Assembly (NCBI GenBank): GCA_040771865.1
Contig: JAXGZF010000007.1
Coordinates: 124,001-188,000 of the forward strand
DNA from: Desulfobacterales bacterium
Lineage (GTDB): Bacteria > Desulfobacterota > Desulfobacteria > Desulfobacterales > UBA2245
Direction of reading: 5' to 3'
Length of the DNA stretch: 64,000 nt
Under the pieces are notes generated by a model. It was not told the origin of the DNA. It was given only the letters and a program-made list of their open reading frames with translations, and made no database searches. Made by a program: the position numbers and the translations under genes. Below are positions 42,456 through 51,640 of this stretch, one piece after another; the stretch's first letter is position 1, and every line of letters begins with the position of its first letter.

Positions 42456-43478
42456 TTATAAATATTTGTCCGACAGAATCTCGGCGATCTGAACAGCGTT
42501 GGTGGCCGCTCCCTTTCGGATATTGTCCGCCACCACCCAGAGGTTGATGCCGTTGGGTATTGAAAAATCCTTGCGAATGCGCCCGACATAGGTCAGATCC
42601 TGACCGGCGGCCTCAATCGGCATCGGATAACGTTTTTTCAGCGGATCATCCACCACCTTCACGCCGGGCGCCTTTTCAAGCAGACGCCGGACCGCCTCGA
42701 CGGATACAGGCCGAACGGTTTCCACGTTCACTGATTCCGAATGCCCGTAAAACACGGGTACTCGAACCGTAGTGGCCGTGACCCCGATGGTCTCGTCTTC
42801 CAGAATTTTCCGGGTTTCGTTGACCATCTTGATTTCTTCCTTGGTGTATCCATCTTCCAGAAACACATCGATTTGAGGTAAACAGTTAAAGGCGATTTGA
42901 TAGGGATAAACCTTGTTCTCATATTTTGAAAAATTCATCATGGCCCGGGTCTGGTCGAACAGTTCATCCACCGCCTTTTTACCGGTACCGGAAACCGCCT
43001 GATAGGTCGATACCACGACGCGCCGGATTCCGAACTCCTGATGAATGGGTTTCAGGGCCACAACCATCTGTATGGTTGAACAGTTCGGGTTGGCGATGAT
43101 GCCTTTTTGCGTATAGCCGGCCACCGCATGGGGATTGACCTCCGGCACCACGAGGGGAACCTCGGGATCCATGCGCCAGGCGCTGGAATTGTCTACCACC
43201 ACGCAGCCCCACTTCGCGGCAATCGGAGAAAATTGCGTGCTGATCGTTCCGCCCGCCGAAAAAATCGCGATATCCATTCCCTTGAAGGATGTATCGGTCA
43301 ATTCCTCGACCGCTATCGTATCGCCCCGGAAGTGCAATTTTTTACCGGCCGAACGTCCGCTTGCCAGAAATTTTGCCGACTTGACCGGGAAATTGCGTTC
43401 TTCCAGGCATGCAATCATCTGGTTGCCCACTGCACCGGTCGCCCCAACCACGGCCACGTTGAATTTTTTATTGCTCAA
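42456..43478 (-). CDS. asd: Aspartate-semialdehyde dehydrogenase
   Basis: VGATGAVG, DNSSAWRM, IANPNCST, STYQAVSG, RVPVFYGHS, DNIRKGAA. Confidence 0.98.
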   Translation of the reverse strand: MSNKKFNVAVVGATGAVGNQMIACLEERNFPVKSAKFLASGRSAGKKLHFRGDTIAVEELTDTSFKGMDIAIFSAGGTISTQFSPIAAKWGCVVVDNSSAWRMDPEVPLVVPEVNPHAVAGYTQKGIIANPNCSTIQMVVALKPIHQEFGIRRVVVSTYQAVSGTGKKAVDELFDQTRAMMNFSKYENKVYPYQIAFNCLPQIDVFLEDGYTKEEIKMVNETRKILEDETIGVTATTVRVPVFYGHSESVNVETVRPVSVEAVRRLLEKAPGVKVVDDPLKKRYPMPIEAAGQDLTYVGRIRKDFSIPNGINLWVVADNIRKGAATNAVQIAEILSDKYL

Positions 43479-43519
43479 AGCGCCTTCTCCTTATCAGACT
43501 GATCATGTCTCCGCGTAAA

Positions 43520-43567
43520 CGAAAACAAAACGTTTTACCTCGACCCAGGTAAAACGTTTTGTTTTCG
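43520..43567. repeat. Perfect 21-bp inverted repeat with 6-nt loop
   Basis: CGAAAACAAAACGTTTTACCT-cgaccc-AGGTAAAACGTTTTGTTTTCG between psd and asd. Confidence 0.85.
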
Positions 43568-43706
43568 GCACACGCTATCATGTTTGCCGAAAAACGGCAA
43601 ATCATTTTTCGTGCTCCGTTTTCTCCGAATGCAACCTGTTTGACGAATTACAGGCGCCTTCTGAAAGAAAGAGACTTTCCTGAAATCCGGAAAGCCGACC
43701 CGCGTA

Positions 43707-44408
43707 TCAGGATTCCGGGAGACGCCCGAGAATCGAGGTGCCTGCCTGAACCTTTTCTCCGACTCGAACATTGAGCCGGGCATCCGGCGGCAGATAGACG
43801 TCCAAACGCGATCCGAAGCAGATCATTCCGAAGCGCTGACCCCGTTGCGGCGCATCTCCGATGCGAAGGCCGCAGATGATGCGCCGGGCAATCAGGCCGG
43901 CGATCTGAACCACGGTGTACCTCGTTCCGCCGGCGGTCTTCATGAAAACCGCGTTGCGCTCGTTGTCCGAGGACGCCTTGTCCAGATTGGCGGAAACAAA
44001 TCGGCCAGGAAAATAGCGGATATCCTCGACCACGCCTTCATGGGGAATGCGGTTGACATGCACGTTGAAGACCGTCATGAAAATGCTGACCTTGATGCAT
44101 CGGCCTTGATAATAAGGACTCTGGGCGATCTCTCCGGCCTCGACGATCTTGCCGTCCGCGGGAGAAACCACCGCCCCGGCTTTGGTGGGAATGACGCGAT
44201 CCGGATCTCTGAAAAAGCAGCAGATTCCGAATGCGGCCGCCAGGCCGATCAGGGATAAAATCTCCCAGCCCAGCAAGGCAAAAACCGCCGTCGCAAAGGC
44301 GGCGGCCCCGATATATGCATATCCGGGCCTGGCTATGGGAAAGGCCGTCTGGCTTGGCGGATCGGTCCAGGAAAATCGGCTCATCGGTTCCATCCTCTCT
44401 GAATTCAA
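43707..44408 (-). CDS. psd: Phosphatidylserine decarboxylase proenzyme (short type)
   Basis: FFRDPDR, SPADG, NVHVNR, NERN, QIAGLIARRI, FGSRLD cleavage motif. Confidence 0.95.
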   Translation of the reverse strand: MNSERMEPMSRFSWTDPPSQTAFPIARPGYAYIGAAAFATAVFALLGWEILSLIGLAAAFGICCFFRDPDRVIPTKAGAVVSPADGKIVEAGEIAQSPYYQGRCIKVSIFMTVFNVHVNRIPHEGVVEDIRYFPGRFVSANLDKASSDNERNAVFMKTAGGTRYTVVQIAGLIARRIICGLRIGDAPQRGQRFGMICFGSRLDVYLPPDARLNVRVGEKVQAGTSILGRLPES

Positions 44409-44472
44409 TCAAATCAACGGCATTCGAATTGCCCGCAAGCTGGTTGTGAATATCAGAACCCCCCGCAGGCTG

Positions 44473-45171
44473 TCAATGGTGCTGAAGGCCGTGCTTTCGT
44501 TTCATTTCGGCCTCGGATTTGCGGATATAACGGGGTTCGAAACAGGCCAGATCATCCGCATCGCCGGCGCAAAACCGGTCATGGGCCAGCATGGCCACAG
44601 TGGCCGCGCGTATCGCATTATCGGTCACCGTCGCCATACGAAGGTTTTCGCCCAGAGAACGGCCGATCTCATCGGCATAGGCAACGGCGCCGTCGCCGAT
44701 CAGCAGACAGGGTTCATGAATATCGGAAACCGCCGCGAGCGGAGCGCACACCCTTTCGGGACCCAGTTTTTGAATTTTCCCCTTGACATACCGGAACTTC
44801 GCCTCGTAGACCTCTCCCTTGCGGGCGTCCAGCAAAGCGCAGATGAGGCCGGGAAAATACGAGGCCTGAAAGGCCAGCGCATCCAGGCTCGACACGCCGA
44901 CCAGGGGTTTTTCCATGGACAGAGCCAGTGCCTTGATCGTGCTGATTCCGATTCGAAGACCGGTAAAACTTCCCGGACCCCTGGAGACGGCAAATCCGTC
45001 GACATCCGTAATCGCAACTCCGGAAATGCGCAGAATCTGATCGATCATGATCATCAGGTGTGTGGCATGGGTCCGTCCATTGCCCAGGCTCCATTCGGCC
45101 ACCAGTGCCCTGTCTTCCATCAGAGCCGCGCTGCAGGTCCTGGAAGCCGTATCCAGCGCCAGAATTCGCAT
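44473..45171 (-). CDS. tsaB: t6A biosynthesis protein TsaB
   Basis: MRILALDTAS, GPGSFTGLRIG, LDARKGEVY, EPRYIRKSEAE. Confidence 0.95.
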   Translation of the reverse strand: MRILALDTASRTCSAALMEDRALVAEWSLGNGRTHATHLMIMIDQILRISGVAITDVDGFAVSRGPGSFTGLRIGISTIKALALSMEKPLVGVSSLDALAFQASYFPGLICALLDARKGEVYEAKFRYVKGKIQKLGPERVCAPLAAVSDIHEPCLLIGDGAVAYADEIGRSLGENLRMATVTDNAIRAATVAMLAHDRFCAGDADDLACFEPRYIRKSEAEMKRKHGLQHH

Positions 45172-45193
45172 AAGGTTCAATCTCGATCGACGG

Positions 45194-47671
45194 TCAGTTT
45201 TTCTGCGCGCCGCTTTCCGGACTCGCGTTTTCTTCCGTGCCGCGGTCCGAGGCATCCTGCTTTTTTCTCTTTCGAGGCCGGAGTTTTTCGCCCTCGACAG
45301 CCTCTTCCAGAGAGATGCCAAGCACCTCGTCCATGTTTTTGACCCGCACAAAGCGGATCTTGCGCTTGACGTTTGCAGGAATTTCCGAAAGGTCCCGCTT
45401 GTTTTTTTCCGGAATGATAATAGTGGTGATCCCCGCTCTCAGAGCGCCCAATGCCTTTTCCTTGAGTCCTCCGATGGGCAGCACCCTTCCGCGAAGCGTG
45501 ATTTCCCCGGTCATGGCCACATCCTTGTTCACGGGCCTGTGGGTGATGGCCGATATCAGGGCCGCGGCCATGGCGATTCCGGCCGAGGGTCCGTCCTTGG
45601 GAATGGCCCCGGCCGGCACATGAATATGAACGTCCAGGTTTTCCAGATAGTTTTCCTCCACGCCGAAATCCTTCAGGTGAGAACGCGCATAGCTTAAGGC
45701 AGCGCGGGCGGATTCCTGCATCACCTCGCCGATCTGTCCGGTCAGAATCAGCTCGCCCTTGCCGGACAGCAGGGTCGCCTCCACGTAGAGGACCTCGCCG
45801 CCGACCTGGGTCCAGGCCAGTCCGGTGGAAAGGCCGATCTGACTCTCTTCCTTGTCCATTTCCGGATAATACTGGGGAATTCCCAGGTATTTCTCCAGAT
45901 TGCTTCGAGTGATGGAAAAAATCCCCTTGTCCCCTTCGGCCACCCTGCGCGCCACCTTCCGGCAGATCTTTCCGATCTCCCGCTCCAGGTTTCTCAGACC
46001 CGCCTCGGAGGTATATTCGTTGATGATCTGCGTCAGAACCCCGTCGCTGATATGAAGCATCCTGGGCTTCAAGCCGTGCTCCTTGATCTGACGGGGAATC
46101 AGAAAGGTTTTGGCGATCTCGCGTTTTTCCTCCAGGGCATACCCGGAAAGATTCAGCACCTCCATGCGGTCCAGAAGGGCCGAGGGAATCGTATCCGTGA
46201 CATTGGCCGTCAGAATGAACATCACGTCCGAAAGGTCGAAGGCGAGATTCAGATAATGATCGCTGAAAGAGTCGTTCTGCTCGGGATCCAGAGCCTCCAG
46301 AAGCGCCGATGACGGATCTCCCCGGAAATCCGCGCCGAGCTTGTCGATCTCGTCCATCATGAAGACCGGATTCCGGGTGCCGCACTGCTTCAGCCCCTGA
46401 AGAATGCGGCCGGGCAGTGCGCCGATATACGTGCGGCGATGACCCCGGATCTCCGCCTCGTCATGAACCCCGCCCAGAGAGATGCGGACGAATTTCCGGT
46501 TCATGGCGCGGGCAATGGCCTGACCCAGGGAAGTTTTTCCCACGCCCGGAGGACCGGCAAAGCAAAGAATCTGCCCCTTCATTCTGGGATTAAGCTTTCG
46601 AACGCTGAGGTACTCCAGTATCCGGTCCTTTATCTTTTGAAGGCCGTAGTGCTCCTTGTCGAGAATCTCCTTGGCCTTGGGAATATCGATGACGTCTCGG
46701 CTGGACTTGCTCCAAGGCATCTCGACCAGCCAGTCCAGATAGGTGCGCACCACCGAGGACTCGGCGGAATCCGGATGCATCTGCTCGAGTCGTCGAAGCT
46801 GCTTTCCGGCCTCCTCCTCGGCGTATTTGGGCATCCTGGCCCGTTTGATCTTTTTTTTGTACTCCTCGACTTCCTGCGCCTTTTCATCCAGTTCGCCCAG
46901 CTCCCGGTGAATGGCCCGCATCTGCTCCCGCAGGAAATAATCCCGCTGGCTCTTGGAGATCTCATCCTTGACGTTGGACTGGATTTTGGCCTGCATGGAG
47001 GACAGTTCCACCTCCCGCGACAGCAGGTCGTTGACCTTTCTCAGGCGCTCCACCGGATCCGTCATCTCCAGAATCAGCTGGGAATCCTCGATCTTCAGCT
47101 TCATGTTGGACACCACGAGATCGGCGAGTTTGCCGGGATCATCGATGTTTTCCAGAATCGAACCCACATCGATGCTCAGCTCTCCGCGCAGGGCCAGAAT
47201 CTTCTGGGAATGCTCCCGGACATTGCGCATCAGGGCCTCGATTTCAAGGTTCATCTCCGGAATCGGCTCATCCTGAATCAACTCGACGCGGACCCGGTAA
47301 ACGCTCTTTTTTCTCACGTAGGAGAGGATTTTGGCCTTGGTGATTCCCTGAACCAGGACCTTGACGCGCCCGTCGGGCAATTTGAACATTCTGAGAATTC
47401 GGCTCACCGTGCCCACGGTAAAAATTTCCTCGGCCTGCGGGCTTTCCGTGGCAGGATCCTTCTGGGTGGCCACCATCAGATAGCGGTCCTTGGTTACGGC
47501 CTCTTCCACGGCCCGAATCGATTTGTCCCTGCCGACAAAAAGCGGAAGCAGCATATCGGTAAAGATCACCACATCCCGGACCGGCAGCAGGGGCAGGGTT
47601 GTGGGAATATCAAGGTCGGTTTCCTGTTCTTCGATGATGCTGATCAGATCATCTCTGTCTGTTTCTGCCAT
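45194..47671 (-). CDS. lon: ATP-dependent protease La
   Basis: LON N-domain, GPPGVGKT, HRRTYIG, PKDGPSAG, IGGLKEK. Confidence 0.98.
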   Translation of the reverse strand: MAETDRDDLISIIEEQETDLDIPTTLPLLPVRDVVIFTDMLLPLFVGRDKSIRAVEEAVTKDRYLMVATQKDPATESPQAEEIFTVGTVSRILRMFKLPDGRVKVLVQGITKAKILSYVRKKSVYRVRVELIQDEPIPEMNLEIEALMRNVREHSQKILALRGELSIDVGSILENIDDPGKLADLVVSNMKLKIEDSQLILEMTDPVERLRKVNDLLSREVELSSMQAKIQSNVKDEISKSQRDYFLREQMRAIHRELGELDEKAQEVEEYKKKIKRARMPKYAEEEAGKQLRRLEQMHPDSAESSVVRTYLDWLVEMPWSKSSRDVIDIPKAKEILDKEHYGLQKIKDRILEYLSVRKLNPRMKGQILCFAGPPGVGKTSLGQAIARAMNRKFVRISLGGVHDEAEIRGHRRTYIGALPGRILQGLKQCGTRNPVFMMDEIDKLGADFRGDPSSALLEALDPEQNDSFSDHYLNLAFDLSDVMFILTANVTDTIPSALLDRMEVLNLSGYALEEKREIAKTFLIPRQIKEHGLKPRMLHISDGVLTQIINEYTSEAGLRNLEREIGKICRKVARRVAEGDKGIFSITRSNLEKYLGIPQYYPEMDKEESQIGLSTGLAWTQVGGEVLYVEATLLSGKGELILTGQIGEVMQESARAALSYARSHLKDFGVEENYLENLDVHIHVPAGAIPKDGPSAGIAMAAALISAITHRPVNKDVAMTGEITLRGRVLPIGGLKEKALGALRAGITTIIIPEKNKRDLSEIPANVKRKIRFVRVKNMDEVLGISLEEAVEGEKLRPRKRKKQDASDRGTEENASPESGAQKN

Positions 47672-47854
47672 TTTTTCTCCTGTTCCGATAAGATGCCTTC
47701 CCGGCAGTAAAAAAACCTGTCCGCCGGGAAAAGTACTCAATTAAGATAAGATATATTTTAAATTCCGCAATATCAATCTTGATTTTTTTCCTTGCACCGC
47801 CCTAATATGCAAAATCAGCTGAACTTTCATAAACGATAAAAGCAGGACTGGGGC

Positions 47855-48628
47855 ATGCCGGAAGCACTTTGGGTCGGATTCATATTTATCACGGGTTTGT
47901 GTCTGGGAAGCTTTCTGAATGTATGCATCTGGCGCATCCCCACCTCTCAATCCATTGTCTTTCCAGGATCCATGTGCCCCTCATGCAAGCACCCGATTAA
48001 ATTTCACGACAATATTCCGGTAATCAGTTTTCTGATTCTCAGGGGCCGGTGCCGCGCATGCGGAGCGCCGATCTCCGTCAGATATCCGCTGGTGGAACTG
48101 GCGACCGGGAGCCTGGCGCTCTGCGCATATTTCAAATTCGGCATCAGCCTCGAGGCGCTGATCGTCTTTGGCTTTATCTGCATGCTGCTGGTGGTCGCCC
48201 TGATCGACTTCGACCATCGAATCATTCCGGACATCATCTCGCTTCCGGCCATTCCGGTCGGATTGATCGCCTCTTTTTTTCTCGGCTCGCTGTCCTGGAC
48301 AGACTCCCTGCTGGGCATCCTGTCCGGCGGCGGCATACTTCTGGCCGTCGCCTGGGTTTATTACCGGATCACCGGCAAGGAAGGCATGGGCGGAGGCGAC
48401 GTCAAGCTGCTGGCCGCCATCGGCGCGTTCACCGGCTGGCAGGGCGTCATTTTTACCGTTTTTGTCTCATCGCTTGTCGGCAGCATCAGCGGATTCATTC
48501 TCATGGCCCGCAGCGGAAAAACCATGAAAATGGCCATTCCCTTCGGTCCGTTTCTCTCCCTCGGAGCGATCATCTATCTTTTCTGGGGGCAGGAACTGGT
48601 TCGCTGGTATTTTTCTCTTTTTTCCTGA
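47855..48628 (+). CDS. pilD: Prepilin peptidase/N-methyltransferase
   Basis: GSFLNVCIWR, two CxxC pairs, IDFD, GMGGGDVKL, PFGPFL. Confidence 0.96.
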   Translation: MPEALWVGFIFITGLCLGSFLNVCIWRIPTSQSIVFPGSMCPSCKHPIKFHDNIPVISFLILRGRCRACGAPISVRYPLVELATGSLALCAYFKFGISLEALIVFGFICMLLVVALIDFDHRIIPDIISLPAIPVGLIASFFLGSLSWTDSLLGILSGGGILLAVAWVYYRITGKEGMGGGDVKLLAAIGAFTGWQGVIFTVFVSSLVGSISGFILMARSGKTMKMAIPFGPFLSLGAIIYLFWGQELVRWYFSLFS

Positions 48629-48760
48629 CGACAGCGGGCCGATGCCAATTCGAAAAATGAGCCCGCGCTCAAAGCATCTACCCCGGCCGTCACCAGCGAA
48701 CCGTGTCTTTTTACCGTCCGTTGCCGAATCATTCCACAGCGCATTCGGCAGGAGAACTGT

Positions 48761-49486
48761 ATGCGGCTTGCCGTCATCTCGGACATTCACGGCAACATGG
48801 AGGCCCTTGAGCAGGTTCTGGCCGACATCGACCGCTCCGGCGTTGATGAAACCGTGTGCCTGGGGGATATGATCGGATACGGGCCGGATCCGCGAGCCGT
48901 AATCGGACGCGTTCAAAAGCGGGAAATTCCCTGCGTGGCCGGCAATCATGAGCTTGCCGTTAATGACCCGGCATGCATGCTCGAAATGAATCTTTACGCC
49001 CGGATTTCTCTGGAATTCACCCGCGGCATGCTTTGCGAGAAGGACCTGGACTTCATCAGGCGGCTGCCGTCCTTTCTGGTTCTGCACGAATGCCGTTTTG
49101 TTCACGGATTTCCCCCGGACAGCTCCATTGAGTATCTTTCACGGATTCCGCGGAACCGCATGCGGCAGATCATGGGCCGGATGACCGAAAACATCTGTTT
49201 TGTCGGCCACACCCATCTGCTGGGCCTGGTCGAATTCGACGGAACCGCCCTGAAACGCACCGGATTCAACGGCAACCCCCTTTTTCTGAAGCGAAACCTG
49301 CGTTATATCGTCAACGCGGGCAGTGTCGGCCAGCCCCGGGATCCGGACAAACGCGCCAAATACGTGATATGGGATACGAAAACGAAAACGGTAGAGCCCC
49401 GTTATGTCGACTACGACCGTCGAAAAACGGCCGGAAAGATCCGCGACGCCGGTCTTCCGGAGATCCATGCACATCTTCTCCTCTAG
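48761..49486 (+). CDS. Metallophosphoesterase (calcineurin-like)
   Basis: SDIHGN, LGDMIGYG, GNHE, VHG, GHTH, NAGSVGQPRD. Confidence 0.94.
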   Translation: MRLAVISDIHGNMEALEQVLADIDRSGVDETVCLGDMIGYGPDPRAVIGRVQKREIPCVAGNHELAVNDPACMLEMNLYARISLEFTRGMLCEKDLDFIRRLPSFLVLHECRFVHGFPPDSSIEYLSRIPRNRMRQIMGRMTENICFVGHTHLLGLVEFDGTALKRTGFNGNPLFLKRNLRYIVNAGSVGQPRDPDKRAKYVIWDTKTKTVEPRYVDYDRRKTAGKIRDAGLPEIHAHLLL

Positions 49487-49517
49487 AATTTAAAAGAGCC
49501 GAGAAAGGAAACCGTTC

Positions 49518-50618
49518 ATGAAATTCACCCTTCCCCGATACTTCCCTCCGGACTTCAGCGGCAGGATCCTTGCCGCAGTCCCGCCGGCCCGGTTTGAAAC
49601 CGTGACGCAGGCCGGAGTGGCGCCGAAGGGATATCATGCCACCTCGATCTTTCCCGAATATTTTCAGGTCGAGAAAGGACGCTGGATACTGGCCGAAAAC
49701 TCCCGCATGGACTGCGCGGCGGTGCTGGAAAGTGATCGGTCCATTTCGGTTAAGGAACTGCGCCGTCTTGAAATCGGCGACCGGGTCGCCTGCGGCCGCA
49801 AGGAAAACGGAGAAGAAGGAATACTGGTTCATGCGCGGGCCTTTGAACTTCGGGAGAATTGGAGCGACAAGTTCGTGTTCCGATCCCACCTGACCCGGGA
49901 GACCTCCTTTTCGATTGATTACGACGAACTGTACGCCCTGCTGGATCATGAGCGCGACCACGGATTCACCCTCTGGGTCCTGGGACCGGCCGTGGTGTTT
50001 GACCAGGACGCCAGAAAGGCGTTCGTCCGCCTGATTCAGCGCGGATATGCGCAGGGGCTTCTTGCGGGGAACGCCTTGGCCACGCACGATCTGGAGGGAG
50101 CTCTTTACGGAACCGCCCTGGGTCAGGAGATCTACTCCAAAAAACGCGCGGCCCTGGGCCATTACAATCACCTGGACACCCTGAACCGCATCCGGGGTCT
50201 GGGTTCGATTGAATCGGCCGTTTCCTCCGGCCTGATTCAGGACGGAATCATGCACGCGGTCATTGAAAACCGGATACCTTATGTGCTGGCCGGATCCATC
50301 CGGGACGACGGCCCGCTTCCCGAGGTGATCGCCGATGTCTGCAAGGCTCAGGACCGGATGCGCGATCTGGCGCAAAAAGCCACCACGGTCATCGCCCTGG
50401 CCACCCAGCTGCATGCGATCGCCACGGGCAACATGGTTCCGTGCTACCATGTCGAACCCGACGGCCGGGTGCGGCCCGTGTATTTTTATGTGGTGGACAT
50501 GTCGGAGTTCGCTGTCAGCAAGCTCGCGGACCGGGGATCGCTGACCGTGCGTTCGATTCTGACCAATGTGCAGGATTTTGTCGTCACCGTGGAGCGGGGG
50601 CTTCGGCGCGACCCGTGA
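49518..50618 (+). CDS. AgrE/ArgZ C-terminal-like (TIGR00300, LOR/SDH) putative ornithine cyclodeaminase
   Basis: GVAP..YHATS, MDC, LGPAV, AGNALATHDLE, LYGTALG, LAGSIRDDGPLP, LHAIATGN, KLADRGS. Confidence 0.8.
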   Translation: MKFTLPRYFPPDFSGRILAAVPPARFETVTQAGVAPKGYHATSIFPEYFQVEKGRWILAENSRMDCAAVLESDRSISVKELRRLEIGDRVACGRKENGEEGILVHARAFELRENWSDKFVFRSHLTRETSFSIDYDELYALLDHERDHGFTLWVLGPAVVFDQDARKAFVRLIQRGYAQGLLAGNALATHDLEGALYGTALGQEIYSKKRAALGHYNHLDTLNRIRGLGSIESAVSSGLIQDGIMHAVIENRIPYVLAGSIRDDGPLPEVIADVCKAQDRMRDLAQKATTVIALATQLHAIATGNMVPCYHVEPDGRVRPVYFYVVDMSEFAVSKLADRGSLTVRSILTNVQDFVVTVERGLRRDP

Positions 50619-51546
50619 TCCGGGTTCCGGCGGACCCCAGAACCGCTGCCTCGATCCGGTCCAGGGAGGCAATGACGGCGCGTTTTCCCCCGAAGCGGAT
50701 AAATTCCACGGCCGCCTCGATCTTGGGCCCCATCGAGCCTTGCGGAAACTGTCCCTGCTGCAGGAATTGTTCGGCCTGATCCAGACTGAGTTCGGACAGA
50801 AACCGCTCCGAAGGCTTTCCGTAATCCAGGGCAACGGCCGGGACGTCTGTGGCCATCACAAAAATCTCCACTCCCACCTCCCGGGCCAGCCTGGCGCTGG
50901 CCAGGTCCTTGTCGATCACCGCATTCACCCCGCAGAAAGAACGGCCCTCCCGGATCACAGGAATTCCGCCGCCGCCGCAGCAGATCACGATAAAGTCCAT
51001 CTCGATCAGGGCTCGAATCTCGGCTTTTTCCACGATGGTTTTCGGCCGGGGCGAGACCACCACGCGCCGGAACCCGCCGTGAATCTTTCGGACCGGATAG
51101 GGAAGACCCTGAGCCTCGTTTTCGGTCAATACCGGGCCAATGGGCTTGGAAGGGTTTAAAAACGCCGGGTCATTTTCATCCACCACGACATAGCTGATCA
51201 GGCTGACGATTTTTTGGTCCGAGATTCCCAGACCCATGAGCTCGCTGTCCAGGGTCGATTCGATCATATAACCGATCTGGCCCTGGGTCTGGGCCACCAG
51301 AATCTCCAGGGGCAGCCGGCCTGCCCCGGCGCAGCGCTCCTCCTTGAGCAGCAGGTCTCCGACCTGAGGGCCGTTTCCATGCGTGATAATGATGTGATAG
51401 GTCGAGGAGAGCCGGGCGATCTGCCGCATCGGCACTCTCAGATTTTCAAGCTGCTCGCCGATGGTTCCGGTCTGTCCTTTCCGAATCAGGGCGTTTCCGC
51501 CTAGAGCGACGAGCAGAATGGGTTTCGTCAGGTTTTGCGACCTCAT
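50584..51546 (-). CDS. arcC: Carbamate kinase
   Basis: VALGGNAL, ITHGNGPQVG, PSKPIG, GGGGIPV, VIDKD, GSMGPKIEAA. Confidence 0.96.
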   Translation of the reverse strand: MRSQNLTKPILLVALGGNALIRKGQTGTIGEQLENLRVPMRQIARLSSTYHIIITHGNGPQVGDLLLKEERCAGAGRLPLEILVAQTQGQIGYMIESTLDSELMGLGISDQKIVSLISYVVVDENDPAFLNPSKPIGPVLTENEAQGLPYPVRKIHGGFRRVVVSPRPKTIVEKAEIRALIEMDFIVICCGGGGIPVIREGRSFCGVNAVIDKDLASARLAREVGVEIFVMATDVPAVALDYGKPSERFLSELSLDQAEQFLQQGQFPQGSMGPKIEAAVEFIRFGGKRAVIASLDRIEAAVLGSAGTRITGRAEAPAPR

Positions 51547-51564
51547 ATGACAAACTCTTAAAGA

Positions 51565-51640
51565 AGATGGGGTCCGTAAAAGTCAAAAATACGGAGAAAT
51601 GCAGCGCAACACAGAAATTGGACTTTTTACGAAGCCGTCA
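51565..51640. repeat. Short degenerate MITE/REP-like inverted repeat
   Basis: GATGGGGTCCGTAAAAGTC versus GACTTTTTACGAAGCCGTCA; the right arm supplies the stop codon of the upstream gene. Confidence 0.5.
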
